Below, in pieces: positions 48,997-60,087 of a stretch of DNA of 64,000 bases (positions are counted from its first letter, which is position 1; every line of letters begins with the position of its first letter). A program made the translations under genes and the position numbers. Origin of the DNA: an uncultured Holophagales bacterium (lineage in GTDB: Bacteria > Acidobacteriota > Thermoanaerobaculia > Multivoradales > UBA5704); contig CAWJGT010000024.1 of assembly GCA_963842525.1 (NCBI GenBank), positions 139,995 through 203,994 of the forward strand, given 5' to 3'. The notes under the pieces are model-generated. The model made no database searches. It worked only from the letters and a program-made list of their open reading frames with translations, and had not been told where the DNA came from.

Positions 48997-51403
48997 GCCT
49001 CCAGGGTGGCGGCGGCGCGTCATCAGCCTGCCGAGGTGAGTCTCCGGCCTAGCGAGGCCCTCCACTCGTCTAATGAGGCCGCGATGCTCGAGACGGTAGC
49101 ATTCGCGCCGACGGGGTGTACCGGGCAGGAGCTTTAGCGGTATAATGTCGGCTTCTGGAGAAAATCCTATGGGCACAACTTCTGCCATTCAACATAGAGA
49201 AAGTGGGAGGACCGCAAGCAGGGAGTCACACACGAGTCGGTCCCCGAGGAACCCCTTTGGGGGAATTCTGCTCAGGTTTTCAGGCACGAAGCTAGGCACA
49301 ATGACCGAAGTCTCAAACCCGGCAAAGAAATGACTCTCCTACCAGGCATAGCCCGATCGATCTTCGAGTTTGAAGAGAATCCGTTCCGATTGGAATCTGT
49401 CTGCATCGAACTATACAGGGCTGCTCAGGGCATCGAATTAGTACCTACGTCTAGAACATGGGACCTGGCCCGAGACGCTAAATCGATCTCGATCCTCCAA
49501 CCCGGGAAGGAGATCCCCGGCGTTTTGTGCGTTAGCCTTTCCGCAAAAGTGGATGCGAAGGTTGAAGCTGATGTGCGGCGGCTTGCAGAAACCACTGTAA
49601 CTAAGGCCATTGTCTTCTGCTCCTCGCGCCCACTGACTGAGCATGCCTGCGATGAGATTGAGGCTCAGATCAGGAATCTTTATGCCCGAGCAGAAGCAGT
49701 CGTAGTTCTTGGGCAGGAGCAACTCGCTGCACTGGCGGAGCGCTATCCCGAGATCGCCGAAAGGTACTACCTAGCCGAGATCAATAATATAAAAAGTGCA
49801 CTACTGTCAACGCCTTCCACGGTCTCCGACCCGGAGCACATAGGCCTACGCCTTGCCCTTATTACCCAAACCGGTGAAGATGCACGTGAACTCAGAAGCG
49901 AACTAACAAAGCGCCTCCTCTTAGAGGCGTTGGCGACTGAGTCAGCTCTCAGTCCCAGCCAACTCGCAAACAAGATCTCTGCCCAGTTGCATCTGAGTAG
50001 GTCACTCCCGGATGCGTATGCCAGAGAAACTATATTCCAGCTTCAGTCAAGCGGCTTGGTGAAGATCAACGACAATCTCGCTACTCTTACTAATGAAGGG
50101 CGAAGCTTCATAGATGAAATACCTCCTCAGGCAAGCAACAAACTACTCGAGGGGCGGGCGGCGATTCGAAATGCAATAAAGGTGCTTTCTGGTCACGCGA
50201 TGGCTGACGCGCACTACAGTCGTGTATGGAACACTCTTCAAGATGGACTTGCTGAGTTGTTCTATACGCATGGCCTCTCAATTGCGAAGATGGTCGGGGC
50301 GCTAGTGGGCGGGCATCGACAAAGACCAGACGCTAGGGAGAGGATGTTGTTTGAGAGGCTTGGAGACAAAGTGCTCCCTCTCTTTTCGGAACGATCTCAG
50401 GGAGCAGATGTGCGGCAGGCTATTATCGATATGTTCTCCGAGCGGAGCACGGGCGCTTTTGAATGGTTGTCGCAAATGTGCATTGTTTATCTGATGATGT
50501 GCTCGCTCGGCTTCGAAAGCTTGAGTGGTCGAGAGATTACCGCAGCACTTAGAGCCTTTCGCCTAACAATTGATACAGACATAGTTCTTTCATTTCTGTG
50601 CCGCGGCGAAGATAACCACGACGAGGTCCACCGACTCGTGAACGGCTGGAAGGCGCTGGGAGGTAGGCTTTTGGTGGCAATCCCGTCACTTGAGGAGCTT
50701 GCTTATCATGCCTGGATTGCTGAAAACGATTTCCATGCTGTAAGCCAGCAGCTTTCGAAGATGACCGATGAGGATGCCAGGCACCTCGTAGGAAATGTAT
50801 TCGTTCGTTCTTTCCGAAAGCTTGCAGAAGGAAGTTCTCGTCGAGATCTCTGGAATAGATACATCAATGAGTACAGAGGGCACTCAGAGTGGGACTATGG
50901 TCGGGTATCCAATCTCCTGCGAGACGAGTATGGCATCGACATGCTGGCAGCCGCGCCCCAGGAGTACGATGATTTTGCGCATCGCGTTGCAGTCTTTCTG
51001 GAGAAGCGCGTTCGTGAAGCGCTCGGAGGTAGAGCAGAGGAACTTGATTTCCGGGCTAAAGACAAGTGCCGCCGGGACGGCCAATTGCTGGCTGCTGTGA
51101 GTGCCGCTCGACGCTCAATGAGAGGTATGTCACTTGATAGTTCGGTCATGATACTTTCGTCAGCTCGGCGTCTGCGAGAAGCCGATGATTTCTTTAAAAA
51201 TGAACTCGGCGAGCCGGACGCGGTGATTCATCCAGCCGCCCTCAGTTGTCTCTTGACCTTGGTCCCGGGTGTCGAAATGGGCCTGGGCACATTGAGGGGA
51301 GTGCTCTTTGATGCTGCCCTGGGTGCACGCTTTTCAAACATGGAACGCTTCGTATACAGGCTCTTGGCTTCATCAGAACAATATGCTCTTCCCTTGTCCC
51401 GCC

Positions 51404-53063
51404 GTATCTGTTTACCGCCCTAGTGCCGCCTTCCCCGAGCGGTGGCACGTCCGCAAGGGCTTGAAGTTCTCTTCTCGGCATGGTCTAATGTCTTTCAGGC
51501 ATGCCGACTTACGAGGAACTCCTTCAAGAGAACTCTGAGCTTCGCCAAGACAACGGTGAGCTTCGCCAGCGGGTGGAGGAGCAGGAGCGCCAGATTGCGC
51601 ACCTGAAGCGCCGAATCGTCGATCTGGAGAAACTTGTCGAGGAGCTACGGCGCCGGGGCAAACGCCAGGCTGCCCCCTTCTCGAAGGGAGATCCGAGCGA
51701 GGATCCCAAGTCTCCAGGGCGCAAAGCCGGGGATCAATATGGTCAGCAAGCGACTCGAGCTGTGCCCGATCACGTCGACGAAACCATCGTGGTGGAGTGC
51801 CCGCTGTATTGTGAGCACTGTGGGGGTCAGGTCATTCCGCAGGGCGAAGCTCGCCAGTATCAGACCGATCTGCCGCCGATTCGGCCGGTGACGACGGAGT
51901 TCATCCTCCATTATGGGAAGTGCTCGGCATGTGGCCGGGAAGCTGTGGGGCGTCACCCGCGCCAGACTTCCCAGGCGTTCCGGGTCGGCAACGTGCAACT
52001 CGGTCCAAACGTGTTGGGGCTCGCCGCCTGGCTCAACAAGGTCGGAGGCTTGAGCTACGGCAAGATCGCCGCGTTGCTGAAGGAGCTGGCTGGACTGTCT
52101 GTGTCGCGCTCGGCCCTGTGCCGCGCGCTGCTTCGCATGAGTAAGAAGCTGGAGCCCTTGTACGAGGAGCTGAAGGCGAAGATCCGGAGCTTCTCCTGTG
52201 GTGTACCCGGACGAGACGGGCTGGCGGGAGGGGGGCTATAGCGTGTGGTTGTGGGTGTTCACCAATCGCAGCGAGACGGTCTACAGCATCCAGCCGGGTC
52301 GTGGCTATGCCGAGGCCTCTGAGGTCCTGGGGGAGGGCTTTGTCGGCGTGCTGGTGGCTCGATGGTTGGGCTCCCTATCAGAAATTTGAAGAAGCGACTC
52401 ATCAGACCTGTCTGGCGCATCTGTTGCGCCGTTGCGAGGAGCTGCTGGAGAAGGCGACAGGGGGTGCGGTGCGCTTTCCTCGGGCGGTGAAAGAGATCCT
52501 GCAGGCCGCCTTGGAGGCGCGAGATCAGCGGGACGCGGGCAAGCTCAGCGGCGAGGCGCTGGAGAAGGTCAAGCAGGACTTGGAGTCTCCAGATGGAAAG
52601 GCGTCTGTCGGGGCAGTTCACGAACCCCGACAACCAGCGTCTGGCTCAGCATTTGATACGTCACCAGGAGCAGCTGTTTGTCTTCCTGGAACGCACGGAT
52701 GTGGAGGCGACCAATTGGCCGGCCGAACAAGGGATTCGCCCGGCGGTCATCAACCGCAAGACATCTGGGGGAAATCGGACGGCCGAGGGGTCCCAGGCGC
52801 AAGCGGTCTTGATGAGTGCCCTGCGCACATTTCAGCAACACCAAGTCGGGACACTCGAGATCTTGCCCCAGCTTCTGCGCAGCCCCCAGCTACCGAAGCT
52901 TGAGGCAATACTTCCTGCGTCACAGCCACCGTAACAGTTCTCGCCACGAGTTATCCGTGGCTCCAGGTCGGTAGCCGCTCGCCCTCGTCAGGTCGCCTGG
53001 CCAGCGCGGACGTGTGTCCAGGGAAAACCTTCCCCAAAAGTGCCGCTGACGGTAAACAGATAC
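51404..53063 (+). mobile_element. IS66-family element (ISBst12-like, single transposase), 1660 bp
   Basis: TIRs GTATCTGTTTACCG (51404) and CGGTAAACAGATAC (ends 53063); 8-bp TSD GTCCCGCC at 51396-51403 and 53064-53071. Confidence 0.92.
51501..52934 (+). CDS. IS66 transposase TnpC (several frameshifts)
   Basis: Leucine zipper, CEHCG zinc finger, YPDETGW, QTCLAHLLR, EATNWPAEQGIRPAVINRK across ORFs 51501, 52198, 52301 and 52593. Confidence 0.85.
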
Positions 53064-53383
53064 GTCCCGCCGTGGCAGTTTAAAAAGGGAACTCAGGGAG
53101 AGACTGCTCACCGATGCACATAGAAGGGGCGAGCCGGTTGGTCGTGTGGTCGAGCGGTTGCTGAGCTCTCAGGATCCCGACTATTCAGCGCAGATTATTG
53201 CTGAGACACTCGATCGCTTAGCTGTCCCCAGAGAAGTCGACAAGGAACTGGAGGAATTGAGGAAGGAAGTCGGCTCCTTGCGGCAGGAACTGGATCGAGC
53301 GAAGAATCCAAGCAGGAAAACCTCTGTAAGAAGCCGCCGCAGAGGAAGGGCTGAAAAGAAGCGGCCATAGCTTGGCGCCGCGG

Positions 53384-53616
53384 GCGGCCGACCTCCTGAA
53401 GATGGCCATGATCGCCATCGACCGCCGCCTACGCGAGGAGCACCCTGATGCGAGGCTTCTCCTGGCCGTCCATGACGAGCTCGTCTTCGAGGTCCCGGAA
53501 GACCAGGTCGAGCCGGTTGCCAAGCTCGTCAAGGAAGGGAAGGGGTGGCAGAGCTGAAGGTGCCGTTGGTCGTGGACACCGGGCGGGGGAAGAGTTGGTA
53601 CGACGCGAAGGGGTGA
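53384..53616 (+). pseudogene. polA: Duplicated 3' fragment of polA
   Basis: Matches 48760-48996 (AADLLK.AMIAIDRRLREEHPDARLLL.VHDELVFEVPE...KSWYDAKG stop), with substitutions and a small deletion. Confidence 0.9.
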
Positions 53617-53649
53617 GGAGCACTCGGGACGCCCCGACCTTCGCCGGAG

Positions 53650-54138
53650 TCATTTTTCGCCGGCTTCCTCCAAAACCTGCATGTAGAGGCTTTCTCCAAC
53701 GAAGAAGCCAGCTTGTCGGCGGAGGGCATCGAGCCGAGAGCGGATCTCTTCGATGTGCCCTTCTCGTTTGGCTTGGAGCAGAATGCCCAGAGCTCCAAGG
53801 GGTCGAAGACCGAGGCGCATCGCTGCACTACGGCCTTCGTGCTCGTCGAGCAAGACGAAATCGGCCTTGAGCTCGAGGGCCAGCACCAGAGTTTCGGCCT
53901 CTCCGAGATCGAGATCTCGTCGGAGAACCGCTGTCGCAGTCTGGTTGCTCACCTCGTGGCGATAAATCCATGAGGCTTGCTCCACCTCTTGGCTACCAGG
54001 ATGACGACGTCCACCTTTGTTGAGCTCCTGCCAAACGCCTTGAGCAATGTGGACTTCACCAAAAAGAGCCCGGAGCAGCTCGAAGTGACCGATGGCGGCG
54101 AGATTGGTAAGGGGTGAGGTGTTGCTGACGATGATCAT
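53650..54138 (-). CDS. DUF3368 PIN-domain protein (toxin-like)
   Basis: IVSNTSPLTNL, LDLGEAETLVLA, VLLDEHEGR, GALGILLQAK. Confidence 0.85.
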   Translation of the reverse strand: MIIVSNTSPLTNLAAIGHFELLRALFGEVHIAQGVWQELNKGGRRHPGSQEVEQASWIYRHEVSNQTATAVLRRDLDLGEAETLVLALELKADFVLLDEHEGRSAAMRLGLRPLGALGILLQAKREGHIEEIRSRLDALRRQAGFFVGESLYMQVLEEAGEK

Positions 54139-54392
54139 TGGCCGCTGAATTGGCGCAGCGTCTCGACGTCCTGCGCCAGGTCTTCCTCGGCGAAGTGCGG
54201 GGCGATCTGCCGGAATCCAAGCAACTGCCGGAACTCCCAGAGGGACAGACCCGCCAGCTCATGTGCCTTGCCGATCGATAGCCGGCCTTGTTCATACAAG
54301 TGGACAGCCAATTCGACGAGCACTTGATCAATAGTCAACCGTGCCGAGTCGAGGATCTCCTGAGGGATTTCGAGATGGGCGGTGGCATTCAT
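54135..54392 (-). CDS. UPF0175-family antitoxin-like protein
   Basis: ELAVHLYEQGRLSIGKAHELAGLSLWEF; ATGA coupling. Confidence 0.85.
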   Translation of the reverse strand: MNATAHLEIPQEILDSARLTIDQVLVELAVHLYEQGRLSIGKAHELAGLSLWEFRQLLGFRQIAPHFAEEDLAQDVETLRQFSGQ

Positions 54393-54451
54393 TAGGTGTC
54401 TCCTTCGAGAGCCCACTCAGACAGGCCTAGCTCATTCTTACATCGCAGCCG

Positions 54452-54877
54452 TCACCTCGTCACCTCCCCATCCTCGTACACGAACGTAACCGGCCTCTCG
54501 ATGTCGGGGTGGAGGCTCTGGTGGACGGGGCAGGTGAGGGCGGTGCGCTCGAGCTTCTGGCGCTGGTCGGGGGTGAGGCCTTTCGGCATCTGAATCGTCA
54601 CGGGGATGCGGCTGATCCGGCGCGGGCTGGCAGACATGTGTTTCTCCAGTTGGAAGGAGACGCTGCTCATGTCGATGCCGTCGCGCTCGGCGACGATGGC
54701 CATCACGGTGACCATGCAGGTGCCGAGCGCTACCGAGGCGAGGTCGGTGGGCGAGAAGGAGCTGCCGTCTCCCTGGTTGTCCACCGGGGCCGCAGTCTTG
54801 ATCTGCGTGCCCGAGGGGCCGTGGGTCAGCTCCACTTTGAGGTTGCCGATGTACCTGCCCGTCATCTCGACCGCCAT
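54452..54877 (-). CDS. OsmC-family protein
   Basis: APVDNQGDGSSFSPTDL...GTC...TCPVHQSL; AGGAG SD. Confidence 0.88.
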   Translation of the reverse strand: MAVEMTGRYIGNLKVELTHGPSGTQIKTAAPVDNQGDGSSFSPTDLASVALGTCMVTVMAIVAERDGIDMSSVSFQLEKHMSASPRRISRIPVTIQMPKGLTPDQRQKLERTALTCPVHQSLHPDIERPVTFVYEDGEVTR

Positions 54878-54931
54878 GGCTCGCTCCTTTCTCATCCCGG
54901 CGAGCATACCAGCCTCCGGTCGGGCGCTATC

Positions 54932-55951
54932 ATGCGGCCCGTGCAGTGCACGTTCTTCCTGAGCGGTGAAGAGGACCTCGACCACCTGCGCGGGCTCGAT
55001 CCCGACCACGACTGGCGGGCCTTCCAGCGCGGCGAGCGCATCTGGATCCTTCAGGCCTTCCTGCGGCTCGCCAGCGCCGGGTACCCCGTGCAGCTCGCGG
55101 GAGAGCCTCCCGAGGAGGGCCTCGTCGTCTTCCACGCCAAGCAGGCCGGGGCCTTGCGGCGCGCGCGGCGGCGGATGCGCGACGTGGTCCTGGTCGGCGT
55201 CCGGGCGGACAACCGCGAGCCGCTCCTGGCCGACTTCGAGATCGTGCAGAACGGCCGCTTCGCCGACGGTCGGAAGCGTTTCTTCGTTCCCCACTGGCCC
55301 CAGCCGGGTTTGATCCCGCGCGATCCCGCCCGCGGCACCCGGATCGAGCGCATCGCCTACAAGGGGTTCGATGCCAACCTCCACCCCGGCTTCCGCTCTG
55401 CGGAATGGACCGGCTTCCTCGCCGGCCTCGGCATCGAGTGGGTGGTCGACTCCGTCGAGTTTGCGGGCGAGCAGACGGACCGGCTCGTCCTGGAGTGGCC
55501 CGACTTCCGGACGGTCGACGTGTTCCTCGCCGTCCGGCCCGAGGGTCGGAGGCGGGAGCCGGCGCTGCGCACCTCGAAACCGGCCACCAAGCTCTACAAT
55601 GCCTGGCTGGCCGGCGTCCCTTCGGTCCTGGGGCCCGAACATGCGTTCCGCGAGCTGCGTCAGTCTGATCTCGACTATCAGGAGGCGGCCTCCGTCGAGG
55701 AGGCGAAGTCTGCCGTCCTCCGCCTGCGGGACGATCCGGGCCTCTATCAGACCATGGTGGAGAACGGCCGCCGCCGTGGCGCGGGCTTCACGGCCGAGGC
55801 CCTGGTCCCGCGCTGGGCGGAGCTGCTCTTCGAGACGATTCCGGCCCTTGCTGCATCCCCACGCAGCCGGCTCATCCGTGGCATGCCGTTGCCGGTGCGG
55901 TCCGCGGCGAGGTGGCTGGCGCGGAAGGCCGTGCTGCGGCCGGCTCGATGA
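54932..55951 (+). CDS. Putative glycosyltransferase-like protein
   Basis: DVFLAVR...[15 protein letters not shown] resembles a GT-B C-terminal region. Confidence 0.6.
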   Translation: MRPVQCTFFLSGEEDLDHLRGLDPDHDWRAFQRGERIWILQAFLRLASAGYPVQLAGEPPEEGLVVFHAKQAGALRRARRRMRDVVLVGVRADNREPLLADFEIVQNGRFADGRKRFFVPHWPQPGLIPRDPARGTRIERIAYKGFDANLHPGFRSAEWTGFLAGLGIEWVVDSVEFAGEQTDRLVLEWPDFRTVDVFLAVRPEGRRREPALRTSKPATKLYNAWLAGVPSVLGPEHAFRELRQSDLDYQEAASVEEAKSAVLRLRDDPGLYQTMVENGRRRGAGFTAEALVPRWAELLFETIPALAASPRSRLIRGMPLPVRSAARWLARKAVLRPAR

Positions 55952-55967
55952 GATATCGTCCGACGCC

Positions 55968-56753
55968 ATGACCGAAATTCCTGGGAAGCTTTTCGACCTC
56001 ACCGGCCGGGTGGCCGTGGTGACCGGCGCCTCGCGCGGGATCGGCGAGGCCATTGCGCGGGCCCTTGCGGCGGCCGGAGCGCGGGTGGTCCTGGCGAGCC
56101 GCAAGCTGGAGGGCCTCCAGGCCGTGGCCGACGGCATTCAGGCGGATGGCGGCGAGGCGATCGCCGTGGCCTGCCACACCGGGCGCGCTGCCGACGCCGA
56201 GGCGCTCGTCGTCCGTGCCGAGGAGGCCTACGGCGGCGTGGACGTGCTGGTCAACAACGCGGCCACCAGCCCGCACTTCGGGCCGCTTCTCGACGCCGAG
56301 GAGTCGCACTGGGACAAGACCTTCGAGGTGAATGTGAAGGGCTATGTCCACACGGTGAAGGCCTGCGTGCCGCGGATGCGCGCCCGCGGCGGCGGACGGA
56401 TCGTCAACATCGCCTCGGTGGCCGGCCTGGTGCCGCACGGCGGGTTGGGCGTCTACGGCGTGACCAAGGCGGCGGTCCTGATGCTGACCAGGACCCTGGC
56501 GGCCGAGCTGGCGCGGGACAGCATCCGGGTCAACGCCATCGCGCCCGGTCTGATCGAGACCCGCTTCAGCGAGGCGCTGTGGTCCACGCCCGAGGCCCGG
56601 GAGCGGGCGCTGCGCGCCATCCCGCAGCGGCGGATCGGGACGACGGACGACCTGATCGGCGCCGCCCTCTACCTGGCGAGCGACGCTTCGGCCTACACGA
56701 CCGGAGCGGTGCTGGTGGTGGACGGCGGCCAGACGCTGGGTGGGGCGTACTGA
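55968..56753 (+). CDS. Short-chain dehydrogenase/reductase (DHRS4-like)
   Basis: [30 protein letters not shown]. Confidence 0.92.
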   Translation: MTEIPGKLFDLTGRVAVVTGASRGIGEAIARALAAAGARVVLASRKLEGLQAVADGIQADGGEAIAVACHTGRAADAEALVVRAEEAYGGVDVLVNNAATSPHFGPLLDAEESHWDKTFEVNVKGYVHTVKACVPRMRARGGGRIVNIASVAGLVPHGGLGVYGVTKAAVLMLTRTLAAELARDSIRVNAIAPGLIETRFSEALWSTPEARERALRAIPQRRIGTTDDLIGAALYLASDASAYTTGAVLVVDGGQTLGGAY

Positions 56754-57742
56754 TCCATCACCTCGCCGAGCTGATCGACGTCGCGGAAGAAATCCCCGCC
56801 GGCCCCTTCGAGCCATTCGGCCTCCAGCTTGTCGAAGAGCCGGTCCCGCCGGTTGCGGTTGAGCCGGGCGAGGGCGATCAGCCCTGATTCGCGTCCGCGG
56901 CGGCGCTCGGCGCGGAGGAGCTTCTCGTCGGGCACCTCCTGGAGCGAGAGGTCGTAGAGCCGGCGGATGCGCTCGGCGGCGGCGAGCTCGGTGGCCTCGC
57001 GCAGCTCGGTCTCCAGGACGTGCGCGTCGTGCAATTCGCCGAGCAGGTCCTGGAGCGTCTTGAGCCGCTTGACCAGGGGACCGGCGGCGGGGACTTCGTC
57101 CACGAATGGCTCCAGCAGGTAGCGGACGCGCTTGGCGGCGATCCGCGCCTGGTGGGCCTCCTGCTCGTCGTCGGCGTCCTCGATGCGGGCGAGGTGCGCT
57201 TCGAGCTCGGCGGCCTGCCGGCGCAGGATCTCGGCCGTGGCGTCGGCGAGCGTCGGCCGGCGGGCTCCGGAGGCGAGGTGGACCTCGGCGCGATAGACCG
57301 AGAGCCGGTGCCGGAGCTCGCCTTCGAGGTCGGGGAACTTGTCCGCCACGCGTTCGTTGAGCTCGGCATAGGCCTCGCGCATCCGCTCGTCCAGCCGGCC
57401 GATCAGCCAGGCCAGGCCGGCCCGGTGGTGCGACGCCAGGTGCTTGCCGCGCGGGCGCAGCCATTCGATCTGGACCTCCGTATCCCGGCCGGGGCCGGTG
57501 GCCTGGGCCAGCTTGCGCAGGCGCCGTGCCAGCTTCTTGGGAACGCTCTTGTCGAGCAGCGAACGGTAGGCCCGCAGGCAGCTCCGCAGCCGGCGCAGGG
57601 CAACCCGGAAGTCGTGCAGCGCCTCGGCGTCGGCGGAGTCTTCCAGGCGCGGGAAGGCCGCCGCCGCCTGGTCGAGGAACGAGAGCGCCAGGAGCCGAGC
57701 ACCCTCTTCAGGAGGCCGGGGGAGGAGCCCGGTCGCATCCAT
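56693..57742 (-). CDS. CHAD-domain (polyphosphate-binding) protein
   Basis: [40 protein letters not shown]. Confidence 0.88.
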   Translation of the reverse strand: MDATGLLPRPPEEGARLLALSFLDQAAAAFPRLEDSADAEALHDFRVALRRLRSCLRAYRSLLDKSVPKKLARRLRKLAQATGPGRDTEVQIEWLRPRGKHLASHHRAGLAWLIGRLDERMREAYAELNERVADKFPDLEGELRHRLSVYRAEVHLASGARRPTLADATAEILRRQAAELEAHLARIEDADDEQEAHQARIAAKRVRYLLEPFVDEVPAAGPLVKRLKTLQDLLGELHDAHVLETELREATELAAAERIRRLYDLSLQEVPDEKLLRAERRRGRESGLIALARLNRNRRDRLFDKLEAEWLEGAGGDFFRDVDQLGEVMDQYAPPSVWPPSTTSTAPVV

Positions 57743-57746
57743 GGCG

Positions 57747-58250
57747 TCAGTCCGCCAGCTCCCGGAGCTGGGCCGGGGTCAGCGCCCAGAGCAGCGTCGC
57801 GGTCCCGGCGGCGGGCTCGTCATTGAATTCGAGCAGGCAGGCCCCGCCTTTGCGGAAGGCGAAGATCCGGCGCTCGGTGCCGGTCAGGAGCCAGGAGAGG
57901 ATCAGGCTGATGCTGGGCTCGTGCCCGACCGCGGCTACGCACTTCTCCTTGCGCTTGCGGAGCCAGCGGAGGAAGTCCTCGGGCGTGGAATCGGGGGAGA
58001 GCTGCTCGATCTCGACCTCCTTGAGGCCGTCGTAGGCCGAGTCGAGGATGGCACCGGTCTGGGCGGCGCGCGTCAGCGGGCTGGTCGCCAGCAGGTCGAT
58101 GTCGGGGGCGACCTTGCGGAGCCCCTTGGCCGCCCGCTTCATCTTCTTCCGGCCCTCGTCGGTCAACGGCCGGAGACGGTCGTCCTTTCCCGTGCGGGCG
58201 AAATCCTCGCGCTCCTCGGCAATGGCATGGCGAATCAAGAGCAGTTTCAT
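57747..58250 (-). CDS. sixA: SixA-type phosphohistidine phosphatase
   Basis: LLLIRHAIA, RPLT..G, TSPLTRAAQT, VGHEP. Confidence 0.85.
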   Translation of the reverse strand: MKLLLIRHAIAEEREDFARTGKDDRLRPLTDEGRKKMKRAAKGLRKVAPDIDLLATSPLTRAAQTGAILDSAYDGLKEVEIEQLSPDSTPEDFLRWLRKRKEKCVAAVGHEPSISLILSWLLTGTERRIFAFRKGGACLLEFNDEPAAGTATLLWALTPAQLRELAD

Positions 58251-58310
58251 GCGGTACACATAACGCGTTCCGCCGATCTTTGCAAAAGCAGTCCTGTGAC
58301 AAAGCGCGGA

Positions 58311-58342
58311 CCCTCTCCCCCAAGCTGGACCGGGGGAGAGGG
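58311..58342. terminator. Hairpin, possible terminator or repeat
   Basis: CCCTCTCCCC...GGGGAGAGGG downstream of the Spy-like gene; no clear U-tract. Confidence 0.35.
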
Positions 58343-58370
58343 GAACGGAGCCGGGGAGGAGAGGACGGCC

Positions 58371-58820
58371 CTACGCGTCCTCGCCGCCGAGGAGCCGCGC
58401 AGCCTCCTTGAGGGCCTCGTACTTCCGTTTCTGCTCGGGGGTGAGGATCGCGGTGAACTTCGTGTCGAACTCCGCGCGGGCGGCCTCCAGCTTCTTGTGG
58501 TTCTCCTGGATGTCGAGCACCGTGTCGCCGATCGCGCAGGCGCTCGGGCTGGCGGCCGCGAGCTGGTCGTCGAGCTGCTCGCGCAGCGCCTTCTGCGCCT
58601 CGTGGATCGGCTTGGTCGTGGCCTGGAGCTCCTGGGACAGCGTCTTGAGAGTCGCCTGCTGCGCGGGCGTCAGCTTCAGGTAGCGGGCGAGCGCCCGGGG
58701 GTTGCGCAGGATCTCGCCCGGGTTCGGCCGCTTGGCGTTGGCCTCGATCTGGGCCATCGCGGGCAGAGCGAGGAGGAACGTCGCGAGGGCCGTCAACAGC
58801 AGGGTCTTCGTCTTCATCAT
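58371..58820 (-). CDS. Spy/CpxP-family periplasmic protein
   Basis: Signal peptide; LKLTPAQQ and ILTPEQK LTxxQ motifs. Confidence 0.8.
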   Translation of the reverse strand: MMKTKTLLLTALATFLLALPAMAQIEANAKRPNPGEILRNPRALARYLKLTPAQQATLKTLSQELQATTKPIHEAQKALREQLDDQLAAASPSACAIGDTVLDIQENHKKLEAARAEFDTKFTAILTPEQKRKYEALKEAARLLGGEDA

Positions 58821-58974
58821 CGGCAGACTCCTTTCGGTCGGTTGGCGTGGAGCCAAGTGCTTCTTTCCCCCTGGAACCCACGGGCTGCGAATTTCCTACG
58901 CCTGGCCTGTGATACCGTTTGCACCCATCCGCGCGCCCGGTCCCGCGCGCTGTTTCGGAGGATCGATCCGAGCC

Positions 58975-60087
58975 ATGGCCCCGCGGGAGGATCTCAAGCA
59001 TACGCCGCTTCACGCCTGCCATGTCGAGGCGGGCGCGCGTCTGGTCGAATTCGCCGGCTGGGAGATGCCGGTGCAGTACGAGGGTGTCATCGAAGAGCAC
59101 CGCGCCGTGCGCACGGCCGCCGGGCTCTTCGACGTGTCGCACATGGGCGAGATCCGGGTCCGCGGCACGGGCGCCGAGGCTCTGCTCCAGCGGCTCACCC
59201 CGAACGACGTCGCCAAGCTCGCCCCGGGGCGCGCCCACTACAGCGGCTTCCTGACCGAGCGGGGCACCTATGTCGACGACCTGCTGATCTACCGGCTGGC
59301 CGCCGACGACTTCCTCGTCGTGGTCAACGCCTCGAACGCGGCCAAGGACTTCGACTGGATCGCCTCGCGGGCCGGCTCATCAGGGGCCGAGGTGACGGAC
59401 GAGAGCGACCGCTATGCCCTGATCGCTCTCCAGGGGCCGAAGGCGGTGGAGATCCTGGCGCCGCTTGCCAGCCCCGGCGCGATCGAGCTGCGCTACTACG
59501 GCTTCCTGCAGGGGGAGGTGGCCGGCCGGCCGGCCCTGATCTCGCGCACCGGCTACACCGGGGAGGACGGCTTCGAGCTCTACGTGGACTCCGGCGACGC
59601 GGCCGAGATCTGGCGCCGCCTGCTCGAAGACGGGGCTCCCGCCGGATTGAAGCCGGCCGGCCTCGGGGCGCGCGACACGCTGCGGCTCGACGCCGCCATG
59701 GCCCTCTACGGCCACGAGATCGACGACACCACCACTCCGTTGGAGGCGGGCCTGGGCTGGGTGGTCAAGCTCGACAAGGGGGATTTCCTGGGCCGCGACG
59801 TCCTGGCAGCGCAGAAAGAGAAGGGGCTCGACCGCAAGCTGGTCGGCTTCGAGGTGAGAGAGCGGGGAATCGCGCGCCAGGGGCACGCGGTTGTGTCGCA
59901 GGAGGACGGAGGCAAGGTGGGTGCGGTCACCAGTGGGACCTGGAGCCCGACCTTCGAAAAGGCGCTCGGCATGGCCTACGTTCCGGCGGACCTGTCCGCT
60001 CCCGGCACCCCGCTGAGCCTCGACGTGCGCGGCAAGCGGCTCGCGGCCGAGGTGGTCGCCCTGCCGTTCTATCGCCGGCCGAAATAA
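58975..60087 (+). CDS. gcvT: Glycine cleavage system T protein
   Basis: [44 protein letters not shown]. Confidence 0.95.
   Translation: MAPREDLKHTPLHACHVEAGARLVEFAGWEMPVQYEGVIEEHRAVRTAAGLFDVSHMGEIRVRGTGAEALLQRLTPNDVAKLAPGRAHYSGFLTERGTYVDDLLIYRLAADDFLVVVNASNAAKDFDWIASRAGSSGAEVTDESDRYALIALQGPKAVEILAPLASPGAIELRYYGFLQGEVAGRPALISRTGYTGEDGFELYVDSGDAAEIWRRLLEDGAPAGLKPAGLGARDTLRLDAAMALYGHEIDDTTTPLEAGLGWVVKLDKGDFLGRDVLAAQKEKGLDRKLVGFEVRERGIARQGHAVVSQEDGGKVGAVTSGTWSPTFEKALGMAYVPADLSAPGTPLSLDVRGKRLAAEVVALPFYRRPK

Larger units (their letters stand above)
49330..53370 (+). pseudogene. Candidate defence gene (Mrr-like REase, winged helix, PIN-like domain; 790 aa when rebuilt) disrupted by IS
   Basis: Removing the IS and one TSD joins ...ALPLSRR to GSLKRELRERL... 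in frame with ORF 53146-53370. PIN-like LTIDTDIVLSFL and SLEEL; visibly lower GC than the backbone. Confidence 0.7.

Noticed and set aside
49150-49329. ncRNA (retron-like or type III antitoxin) upstream of the candidate defence gene
   Set aside because: No clear repeats or long inverted repeats, and no reverse transcriptase nearby.
58821-58974. Glycine riboswitch upstream of gcvT
   Set aside because: The GGAGA...CCGAAG...CTCTCAGG core is not seen here or in the gcvT-gcvH gap.
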